From NCBI RefSeq assembly GCF_000315625.1, contig NW_005434654.1, forward strand, positions 680,632-744,631: a stretch of DNA of 64,000 nucleotides. Direction: 5' to 3'. Both the position numbers and the translations under genes were made by a program. Shown here one piece after another: positions 26,963-37,221 of the stretch. Positions within the stretch are counted from its first letter, which is position 1. The number at the start of each line of letters is the position of its first letter. A model generated the notes under the pieces. It made no database searches. It worked only from the letters and a program-made list of their open reading frames with translations, and was not told where the DNA came from. The stretch comes from Guillardia theta CCMP2712. Its lineage: Eukaryota; Protista; Cryptophyta.

Positions 26963-27725
26963 CAAACATATCCTCCAAGGGGTCCTTCTTGGCCAAATGC
27001 CGGATCTTCTTATTCCTGCCCTGTCAGCCATTCGTCGAGGATGCAGATTTATTCCCCTCTCCAAGGGAGCTGATAAACCTGGTCTCCGGCCAATTGTCAT
27101 CGGTTCTGCCGCACACCGTCGACTTGCGACGAAGCTTGCTTTGGCAGCGATTCGCTCATTTCTTGACCAGCACTTCCTCTCGTCTCACCCTCGAGCGATT
27201 CAGTTCGGACTCGATCGAGACGGCTGGCTGAAGTTCTCGCAAACCGCGTCAGCGCTCCTGCCCCTTCACGCTCGCGGTGATGATGAGGATGTTGCCAACC
27301 CCACAGTGCTGGTGAGTTTGGATGCAAAGAACGCCTTCAACTCCCTCGACCGCCAGGCTCTCTTCGATGCAATCGAGGGACGTGCGAGTCGCGACTACTT
27401 TGATGGGAGCATCACTGAAGGCGCTCGCTTGCCCTCTTGCGAGCATCTCCGTTTGTTCGCCTCCTACCTCTCCAGCTACTATGGAGACTCTGCTGACCTT
27501 CGACTCTTTCACAAAAGTCAGTCAGCCTCCGTTCAGTGTACCTCGGGCGTCTGTCAGGGCGATGTCCCCTCCAGCGTATTTTTCTGCCACAGTATCCACC
27601 CCCTGCTCCTCCATATCGCAGAGCTTTTTCCCTCTGTTCGAGTCTTGGCCTATGCTGACAACGTCGTGCTTGTCGGTCCACTCGAGGATGCCGTTGCAGC
27701 TACGTCCGCTATGAAGAAGGATTTG
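26963..27725 (+). pseudogene. Reverse transcriptase core, CRE/SLACS-like
   Basis: PLSKG..GLRPIVIG..RRL; IQFGL; SLDAKNAFNSLDR; SGVCQGDVPSSVFF; LAYADNVVLVG (YADN rather than YxDD). Confidence 0.92.
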
Positions 27726-27972
27726 GATTTACTGGCAGAAGATAAAAAGTGCCTCAAGCAAAACAAAGCAGGAACAAGCTGAACCGGCAGGCACACAGTC
27801 CACAGCGAGAAGCTGCACAAACACACACAAAACACAAGCCCGAAAAGAACCAGCACTGCTGGCACCCAGACGCGGCATCGCCAGCCCAGCAGGAGCATGC
27901 AGGAGGAATAAAATCCCTTAGACGCGATACCCGGAGGCAGCCGACTGACCACTGTCAGTCGAGACGTCCGCT
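27726..27972 (-). mobile_element. 5'-truncated antisense 3'-end copy terminating the RT fragment
   Basis: Matches 26278-26575 with an internal deletion; joined through a GGATTT duplication/microhomology. Confidence 0.85.
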
Positions 27973-27982
27973 GTAATCGTAC

Positions 27983-28977
27983 TTGATGGCGGACGTGACG
28001 TTGGTCCACCCTTACATTGGTGGCGGACGTGACGTGACTAGATGGCGGACGTGACGTTGGTCCACCCTTACATTGGTAGCTCTGCCGACCTGACCAAGTG
28101 GGGGGAGGTCAACCTCGACGCCCTCCATGTTGCAGCGTCTGAGAAGATTCGCAAACATCGCGCTGCATATGCCATGACTACTCCTCCTCGAGCGTTCATC
28201 CCTCTTGCCATCTCGACGGACGGTACCCTGCATCCTGACACCCTCCGCTTCATCTGGTATCTCGCGGACATCATTGCTCAGCGCTCAATGCCTCTTGAGG
28301 ATGCGGCGTTTGGTCGGCCCTTCGTGCCTGATGACGGCCCTGCTGCTGAGGTCTTGGCTCGCAAACGCGCCGCCACCTATCAGCGCCTCACCATGCAGCT
28401 GACGCTGGAGGCGCTCTTGTCTGGTGCGAGGCGCATGACGCCCTTGCGGGCGCAAGCACTTCTCGAGCCAGAGGACAGCTCCTCCTCGGACTTTGTCGAG
28501 TCGCCCGAGGAGTCTTCGCCGGAGGTCTCCGACTCCGATGGGGGACACCCTTCGAGTGGCGCCGACGATCGGCGCGGAGCTGGCGAGGCGTCTCCGTCCC
28601 TCACTGTGACGTCGGGTGCCTCCGGAGAGCTCGACACCACTGGGGTGCTTGCTGCTGGTCCGAGCTCGCCTGCTTCCTCCCCGGCATCGGTCGGGTCACG
28701 CCGGTCCTTGGGCATTGCCGCGGCGTCGCCGCCGTCACGGGCGGCTACCGCTGACTCGGCTACCGCTGACTCGGAGGCTAGCGAGGAGGACTACCTCGAG
28801 CGGTACCGTGTTCATGTGTCCAGCCTCCCTCCGTCCGCTGCCCCAGGCGGACCCCCGGGCAGCGCCGGCTCCTTGTCGGCGGCTGCCCTTTCTCCGTCCG
28901 CGGCCGCCCGCTTTGTGGCGGCAGCGGACGTCTCGACTGACAGTGGTCAGTCGGCTGCCTCCGGGTATCGCGTCTAA
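27983..28977 (+). pseudogene. Restriction-like endonuclease domain and acidic/Ser-rich C-terminus of the retrotransposon ORF
   Basis: MADVTLVHP..AASEKIRKH..FIPLAISTDGTL..QRLTMQL, matching the D.T / A..K..KY / F.P.....G RLE signature. Confidence 0.85.
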
Positions 28978-29363
28978 GGGATTTTATTCCTCCTGCATGC
29001 TCCTTCACCATGCAGCTGACGCTGGAAGCGCTCTTGTCTGGTGCGAGGCGCAGGCGGTATAGGATTTACTGGCAGAAGGTAAAAAGTGCCTCAAGCAAAA
29101 CAAATGACGCCCTTGCGGGCGCAAGCACTTCTCGAGCCAGAGGACAGCTCCTCCTCGGACTTTGTCGAGTCGCCCGAGGAGTCTTCGCCGGAGGTCTCCG
29201 ACTCCGATGGGGGACACCCTTCGAGTGGCGCCGACGATCGGCGCGGAGCTGGCGAGGCGTCTCCGTCCCTCACTGTGACGTCGGGTGCCTCCGGAGAGCT
29301 CGACACCACTGGGGTGCTTGCTGCTGGTGACGTAGAGGAGGCCTTCCTAGCTGAGCCGTCTTG

Positions 29364-29560
29364 CTAAGGTCCTCTCATGTCTGGATGCTTGGGTTTCACA
29401 TCAGTAGTAGCATACAGTCTATCTCTCATGTGCTCCTCAATTCTGGTTTTGTGTGCATTAAACTTGGTCTTGAGCAAAAACTGTCTTGTTACAACTAAGG
29501 TCGATGTGATGTCTGCGTGACTTTGGACTAGTACAAGTCTAACAAACTTGTATTCCGTCA
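29364..29560. repeat. Fragment of a second, unrelated repeat; partial inverted copy at 32355-32455
   Basis: TAGCATACAGTC..TCTCTCATGTGC..GCATTAAACT.GGTCTTGAGCAA.AACTGTCTT shared. Confidence 0.75.
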
Positions 29561-29561
29561 C

Positions 29562-30380
29562 CCTTAGACGCGATACCCGGAGCGGCAGCCGAGAGGGATG
29601 AACGCTCGAGGAGGAGTAGTCATAGCATATGCAGCGCGATGTTTGCGAATCTTGGCAGACGCTGCAACATGGCTCGGAGGGCGGCGTCGAGGTTGACCTC
29701 CCCCCACTTGGTCAGGTCGCCGCCGGCAGAGGCTACCAATGTAAGGGTGGACCAACGGTCACGTCCGCCATCAAGCCCTCGTACTGCTCGGACCCTCGAT
29801 CGCGGATTCCAGGGATGTGGATATCGCCCTTCATCTTGCGGCCATGAGGATGGGAGGGTACCTGCCGTCGAGAACGAGGATCCCCCACTGTATCGATGAC
29901 GCTCTGAAGACCAGCTTCGTTCAGCATCGACCGAATCGTACGAGTAAGGTTGTCATGCGCCGTGGGAACTTCGGAAGCTTGGAGGATCGGCGTTTGCAGG
30001 TCTGGAGATGATGTGCAGCAACGGAGGGATCGAGCTCGCGCTGACATCCATCACATTCCGTCGGACACTGGCAGATCGGCATGCCACTGATGGAGATAGC
30101 AGTCGAGCATCTGAGCATAGCGGTGCGGGAAGGCCTTGAGGGGGTAGTAGCTCGAGACTCGCATCGGAGAGTGGCTCAGGTCCGATCACGCTCAGGAAAA
30201 TGAGCGAAGATGGTCAGCCTGTGAGACTGCAAGACCCTATCCTGCGACTTGAGCGAGTGTGTCCTGCGGCTACACGACGGTAGAGGATCGCTCCAGCATT
30301 ATGAACGAAGTCGTGCGCCTCAACGAAGAAGGTCGCCAGAGGATGCTTCTGGGCACGGAGAGATCTCGAGCAGTGAACGT
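29562..30380 (-). mobile_element. Internally deleted, frameshifted copy of the CCHC-RLE region (copy B)
   Basis: Reverse complement of 25315-26270 and 28042-28205, lacking ~25610-25870 and carrying multiple small insertions. Confidence 0.9.
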
Positions 30381-31433
30381 CGGCCATAGCGTTGCCGTTC
30401 CGTATCCTTGTCGGATCAGTTAACCAGGGTGGTTCTCATAGTAGTTTTAGTCAAATTCAAGCGGCAAGAGAAAATTGAGCTAAAAATGTTGGCTCCGTCA
30501 ATTTATGTACCTTTTTCGTTGCCAGGGCTGCCGGGCCATCCAAGACGAGAAGGGCAATGTTGAGCAAAACCTTCCTCTATTTGATATGAATAGGCGTGTA
30601 TAGTTGACTAAATAATCATGAGGAGGCTCGGGGTAGGTATTCAAATGATTTGAATCTTTCCAACGGCCTCCAGCCCGTGTTGAGGGGTAGGGGGTAGTGC
30701 AAACTTCTCGTATCAATCTAAAACACTTGTAAACGACCTCACACTTGCCCCGTCTCTTCCCTATCCCACTACTCCCAATGTACTCAGGGACTGTTTGCTC
30801 AGCTGCTGAGCGCAGTCAAGGACCATGGCCCCTCAATGCTAACTCCTGAAACTGCCAGGCAAGTACTGAGATCAAACAGCTCAATTCTTGGCTGAGAATC
30901 ACACCTATAGTAGGTTGAATGTGTAAGGTATGCATCTCATCGAAATTTGCACTTGCGTACCAAAGCACTCATCAGCTATAGGTGATGGTTGTTCACTTCC
31001 AGAAGAAGGGAAACATGAAGGGAACCGATCAGAGAAGCAACCTTCGAAGACATGAAGGAAATTCGATTCTCCTTGTTGTGTTGACGCCCTAGCTTCCTTT
31101 ACCTGAAGGCTTCGTCGGTTGAATAAGAAACATATTTCAAGAGACTTCCTGTTGCTTTGCCATGATTGCGTTTTTTGAGGCTTCTCCCAACCTATTGTAA
31201 TATGGCGGTGTCATTTGTGAGGAGGTGAGGAGTTTGAGAGGCTGGGGGAAGGAGAGGGGAGGGGTTGGAAGGGAAATGGACGCCTGGGAGGCCAGGCTAG
31301 TTGATATGCCTGATCGCTGCGAGAGGAGATGCCGGAGGAGAGACCGTGTTTACTCAAGACCACTAGCGAGGAAGGCAGGAGGGCGAGGAGGACATGAGAG
31401 GAGAGGAAGGAGAAAGCTACGGGTAGAGACGGT

Positions 31434-32340
31434 TTACTTGACAGCACTAATGAGGAAGGGATGCTTCAGAGCCTCCAGTGCTGTAATCCTCGTGCGGGGA
31501 TCGATGTTGAGGCAGCAGTTGAGGAAGTCCCAGATCGCATGTTTCTCATCCACCTCCAGCCAGTCCTTGCATCCCGCATGCGCGCCCAGGGAGCTTGACA
31601 AGGTCCGCCATGTTTGCTTGAAACCGCGGGCATAGCTGAGATGCAGTTCCAATGGTGGAATCTGAATGACATCAAGTTAGCAACCTCAGGCCTCCCGCCA
31701 CCATATCACCCTCATCCTCATCCTCTTGATACAACAACGCCGACGACAACAATTTTACCTTAACGTCGAGGAGCTTCCACACAGCATCCATGCTCTTGAT
31801 GTACATGCGCAAGCTGCTCAGACAGTCAGACAAGCGCACTTCCAAGGTACACAAAGAGCGTACCCGTAGATCTCCATCGTTGCCGTGACTATGTCGTTAT
31901 ACTGGAACCATTGGAACTGTGTCGTGCGGCACAGCAGGGTAAGCAGTACTACCCCAGCAGCCCACACGTCCACTGCTGTGGTCTGGCACTGCATGCCCAT
32001 GAGCACTTCGGGCGCTCGGTATCCCCGAGTTCCCGCGCGTTTGACTGGACGTTCGAATTTGACCCCTGAGTTCCTCACTGTCACCGATGCGTTCGTCTTG
32101 CTGACGCCCAACATGATCCGCCTCTTCGCCATCTGCTGCGCCATCTCTAGCTTCTCCTGCTCCTTTTGATTCCGCGAGGAGCGAGAGCTGGCCGTAGAAA
32201 CCTCACAGGGCAAGATGTTGCCGATGCTGCGGCCTGATGACTGCATTTGTTTCTCTGCCAGCCCAAAGTCCACAAGCAAGTACTTCTTATTCCTTCTGTC
32301 GTAGAGGAAGTTATTCAATTTCACGTCTCGATGCATAATA
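31434..32340 (-). pseudogene. CDC7: CDC7-like Ser/Thr kinase, C-lobe only; 5' part replaced by repeat DNA
   Basis: MHRDVKLNNFLY..YLLVDFGLAE, long insert, RAGTRGYRAPEVL, TTAVDVWAAGVVLL, RITALEALKHPFL; no adjacent N-lobe or splice acceptor before HRD. Confidence 0.7.
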
Positions 32341-32459
32341 AATGTATAATGTATAAGACAGTTCTTGCTCAAGACCGAGTTTAATGCACACTGTGACACG
32401 AAACCACTGAGAATTGAGGCAGCACTGCACATGAGAGACTCCCGACTGTATGCTAGAAT

Positions 32460-33130
32460 GATGGAACTTCGGAACTCAAGCATCATTGCAACGCCGCCGC
32501 TGTTCCGATGACACGGACCGGGTACGGCCCGGTACCGCCGGGCATTGCCGCCGCGTGGGGCCGCCGCCTGGCTCGGAACTTGACTCTCACCGTTCAACGG
32601 TTGTGACTCACCGGCTCGGCGGTACTAGCCTTGAAGCCTCAGAGGTCCCGGAGAGTCCGGCTCGCCCGGCCGGGCGGCGGTCGGACCGTACTACGGTACC
32701 TTGAGTTTTCAGCCTGTGTTCAATTAACTCAGCGGGGCTATCTGATCGGACGGACTGGCCGCATGGCTGGCATGCTGATCCCGGCATTAATCAGCAGTGC
32801 CGACGGTGACCGTCTCACTGAGCCCGGGTCCGCCGGGCGGCGGCGGCCGGGCGGAGCCCGAGTCAGTCCGACAGCACTCTCAGCGGCTGAGGGCCGCGCC
32901 AGCCCGGCGCTCAGCTGACTCAGTGACTCGGCCTTGTCGGAACCGCCGCACGGTGCCTGCTTGCCAGCGCCGGGGCCGGGCGGCCCCGGTACTACGGTAG
33001 CCTGAGTCACGGTGGCAGACACAACTTGAACAGTCGGAGGTCGGCATAACTTAACATAAACTGATGGCATGCCAGGCTTCAGTCGGAACTTGGAACACTC
33101 AGTGCGCCCGAAATGATTCAGGGCCACAAA
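32460..33130. repeat. GC-rich palindrome patchwork (degenerate element DNA)
   Basis: Dense TGACTCA, TGAGTCA, CACGGTG, GTACGGTAC-like and CCGG motifs; no credible ORF. Confidence 0.65.
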
Positions 33131-33145
33131 AAATACTAAGTTTCA

Positions 33146-34597
33146 CTGTGGAACAACTTGAAAATTGAGGGGGTGTTCGGCCTGAAATCTTTGTGTGTCA
33201 CTCAGCGGCCGGCGCAAGCAAGTCCAACCTACATGGAACAACTTGAAAATTGAGGAGGTGTTCGGCCTGAAATCTTTGTGTGTCACGCTCCTCCAAGTTT
33301 CAAGTTGTTCCATATAGTTTGGAGCAAGTCCAACCTACATGGAACATTGAGGGGGTGTTCGGCCTGAAATCTTTGCCACCGGTGACGGTGTGTCACTGCC
33401 GCGCAAGCAAGTCCAACCTACTAGGCTACATGGAACAACTTGAAAATTGAGGGGGTGTAAGAACTCGCCGCCGATAAGTTCTTGGAGACGGCGACTGAGA
33501 AGTTCAGGGTATTGCGTCTCATCGGTAGACGAAGCTCAGCGACTCACTGATGGAAGTGGGCTTTGACATAGGTCTGGAATTAAGGAACTTCGACGAGCCT
33601 GAGGGTCTGGCAGTGAAAAGGGGGTGAGGAGGACACAGTGACACGTGTCACAGTGTCCAGGGCGCTGTGCATTGTACTAGGCTTGGTCACTGGAGTCACG
33701 GTTGCCGCGGTGCAAGGGACTGAAGGGGAAGTGACTGCTGTGAATAAAGGAAGTGTTGGTGGCCCAGTGGTGTTGTACTGCACAGCTGTGTATCGTTCAG
33801 AGGTGAATAAGGTTGGGGTAAGGATCTCAGGTGTACTGAGAGATAGTGTTTGCGGCCACGGTGGACATGATCTTGGGTTAAATAGAGTCTGGCCAGTAGT
33901 TAGGAGGTGGAGGTTGATTCGATCATCGCCGGGGGTGTTCGGCCTGAAATCCGAAGTTTGTGTGTCACGCTCCCGGAGTCCAAATTTCAAGTTGTTCCAT
34001 ATAGTTTGGAGCAAGTCCAACCTACATGGAACAACTTGAAAATTGAGGGGGTGTTCGGCCTGAAATCATTGTGTGTCACGCTCCTGCGGCCTGAAATCAT
34101 TGTGTGTCACGCTCCTCCAAGTTTCAAGTTGTTCCATATAGTTTGGAGCAAGTCCAACCTACATGGAACAACTTGAAAATTGAGGGGGTGTTCGGCCTGA
34201 AATCATTGTGTGTCACGCTCCTGCGGCCTGAAATCTTTGTGTGTCACGCTCCTCCAAGTTTCAAGTTGTTCCATATAGTTTGGAGCAAGTGTTCGGCCTG
34301 AAATCTTTGTGTGTCACGCTCCTCCAAGTTTCAAGTTGTTCCATATAGTTTGGAGCAAGTCCAACCTACATGGAACAACTTGAAAATTGAGGGGGTGTTC
34401 GGCCTGAAATCATTGTGTGTCACGCTCCTGCGGCCTGAAATCATTGTGTGTCACGCTCCTCCAAGTTTCAAGTTGTTCCATATAGTTTGGAGCAAGTCCA
34501 ACCTACATGGAACAACTTGAAAATTGAGGAGGTGTTCGGCCTGAAATCATTGTGTGTCACGCTCCTGCGGCCTGAAATCTTTGTGTGTCACGCTCCC
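33146..34597. repeat. Tandem satellite (~105-140 bp unit) containing a ~75-nt imperfect hairpin
   Basis: TTTCAAGTTGTTCCATATAGTTTGGA-GCAAG-TCCAACCTACATGGAACAACTTGAAA repeated with spacer GTTCGGCCTGAAATC.TTGTGTGTCACGCTCC. Confidence 0.92.
33459..33930. mobile_element. 472-bp insertion within the satellite with an 8-bp TSD
   Basis: GGGGGTGT at 33451-33458 and 33931-33938; no terminal inverted repeats. Confidence 0.7.
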
Positions 34598-34689
34598 ATC
34601 GCAAGTCAGCTTTGATGGCCATTATGGCCTTCACAGGCGTGGCTGGCCCTCCGAAGCTCAATCATGATGCATCGCCAATACGATATCAA

Positions 34690-36600
34690 ATATCAAAATA
34701 AAAAATATCAATGTTGAAAGTTTCCCGCCACTGTGAACTCTGCGAAGCCGTACAGATATGAGGATGTGCAGCGTTTGACAGAGCAAGACAAGTCAGGTGA
34801 GCATTATCTCTTTTTTTCATCGAAATTATCACGGGAAGAGATCCAAATGACGTGTTCTTGATGCAGGTTGGAATGATTTGCAGCCTTTGGCAACTTGTAT
34901 GAGATTGATGAACGGGTGAAGACTTTGGCAAGTGCCCAACCAATATTACAAACCGGTATCCAGGAGTACGTAGACGTACCAGTAAGCCGCCCAGCATACA
35001 AAACTCTCGAGACAATGGCTGCATACGAAGGGGTTTTCGACACATCGCAGAACTGTCCCGATGTGAAAAGGTTGTGACATGAAATGGGCACAAACAAAGA
35101 TAAGTTCAGGACTCGGGAGTCGATCAGGTCTAGGCAAAATATTGACATGGTCATCTCACTGCATGGAAGAACATGCAAAACTGAAGGAAAAGCTCAACGG
35201 AAAGTTCTAAATGAACAGATACAGCGCATTTTAGCAGTCACGGTCGGAGCAGCTCGATGCTTGAAACAAAGATGATCCTCAGTACAATCGAATGATGACA
35301 AGTAAGTCCCGTGGTTCGTGAAGGATTCTTCATCCAATTCTTAAGGATGTGTTGGAACGATGAAACATTTTGCAAATCACCAATTTCATCACACTGACTG
35401 ATGCATCATGTAAATATTACTGGTGTGAACTTGCATCAGATTCTGTTCATCGGATGAGCCGCTACCAAGCAGTTGATGTCACAGCAAACAAGAGAGCCGT
35501 TTTGAAGATGTTGATATTCCTGACCGTAGAGCATTCAAGATGTGGCCACATGTCACATGCTTCTTGGTTAACGCAGATACACCCTCGCCAGGCAAAAGAT
35601 GGAACGTCTTCAGGATTACAGGGAGGTCGGTTGTGCTTGTACCCTGATTGTAACTCTTCTAATAAAGATATGATAACCTGAATGTGCAATTCTGTTTGTT
35701 GATTCACAGTGTTTGCGACTCGATTGCAATCATCGAGTGCTTGCTCTGTTGAACAAGGCACTCCTCTGTAGAGCCATGCGACAAGAACACTACAGTTGCA
35801 CGGTAGCATTGCGACACCAAGACAGGATTGATCCGATGAACGTCTCATTTATTGATACGCAAAGGCATCATCTGCACATTGCTTCATTTCTGACTAGGTT
35901 TCTGTGCAATCGAAATCCTTGTGAAAATATCATGACAGAGGAAAAATTTGAAGCGAAACGGAAAAATCATCGAAATATGATCATAGATATAGTGATTCAT
36001 GATCAACAACGGTTCTCTACAGTCATCTATGCGGGCAGGAACAGTCATCTTCTGTGCAAACGTCTCTTCATGTATCGTTGAACGGTTGAGTGCATGTAAG
36101 ACTTGCCTCCATAGAAAATTGAAGTGCATGAATCCTGACTGTAAGACTAGAAGAATTGAAAGCAAGTGATGACATGAGAACACATATCTAGACAGAAAAG
36201 TCGCTCAAGGTACAGCTGGATACAAATTTCTCACAAATCACAGTCATGCATTTGAGCGCAACGTGCAACCTACGGCAATTTGAATAAAGGGTCAATCAGA
36301 GTTGATTCTGTTCAATGGTGTATCGATTATCAATTCCTTACCTGATCATAAAAATTTCATCTTGTCTTCGAAGAATATTTGCAAGTACACCCGCGGATTG
36401 TTTGAACCTAGGGTGCATATTCCATTGCAGGATGGATGATTCAAACCTTGGCCCAACCTGTAGAGTTGAGAAAGAAGCTCGATCATCTCTTACAGGTATG
36501 ATATGAGATCTTCATCTCATTTCTATCTCAGTTGGGTTGGATTCGAAGTCTCTCAATATCAAAGTTCATCCTGGTGAGTCACGAAGGCACCATTTCATCC
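34690..36600 (-). CDS. Possible multi-exon hypothetical gene (strand and structure uncertain)
   Basis: Collinear minus ORFs 34804-35178, 35462-35848, 35884-36183; no domain recognised. Confidence 0.3.
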
Positions 36601-37221
36601 CTTCTTGCTCGTCCAGGGAGAGGGGGCTTGGGGAATGAGAAATGGGTGTTACCCCCACCCCCTATTGTAGAGTTTCAAACTCGTTCAAAGGTGGGTAGTT
36701 GAGGGTGCTCCATACCCACCCCACCACCCAAAATGACTCAAACGGAGGGGTTCTCGGATCCGAAGGAGTCCCGCCTCCATCACCCCCTCTCATTTGAATT
36801 CAAGATGGTTCAGGCCGACCCCACATACAGGCTTGCAGTTTTCTTATGTATGCCCATATGATTTGATCGGACAGGCCCCAGGTTCAAGGGATGAAGCAAT
36901 TGAATTCACCAGCATGCTTGAAGATTTTTCATGGGAGTGGGGTTATACTTGTACCGGATGTGTACAATACATAGGGGAGAACCCCGAATGGTACCAAAAG
37001 AGTACCAAAGTCACATGGTTCGGACTGTACTAACTGGTACCAAGAAATTGTACTCAAGAAGACCCTACCCCTGAAAAAGTTCTGCTTGGCTCTTCGTGAT
37101 TTGAATTCGGAACACGGTCGGAAGACCCACCCCGCCCCCACATGAGGCGTGGTATGCGTGGATTTGAATCTACCACCCTCACCGCGAAACGTTTTAGAGC
37201 TCCAAGGTCAATTGAGAAAGG

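Larger units (their letters stand above)
22280..30380. mobile_element. Nest of fragmented, rearranged CRE-clade non-LTR retrotransposon copies in both orientations
   Basis: RT, thumb, CCHC and RLE endonuclease fragments plus >12 copies of a common 3' end (TGCTTGAGGCACTTTTTA.CTTCTGCCAGTAAATCC or ..ATGCGAGTAAAACTCTA). Confidence 0.9.

Noticed and set aside
31818-32597. Full-length kinase ORF of 259 aa
   Set aside because: The first ~85 codons are repeat/patchwork DNA, not a kinase N-lobe.
33146-34597. CRISPR-like array
   Set aside because: Spacers are identical rather than unique, no cas genes are present, and the context is eukaryotic.
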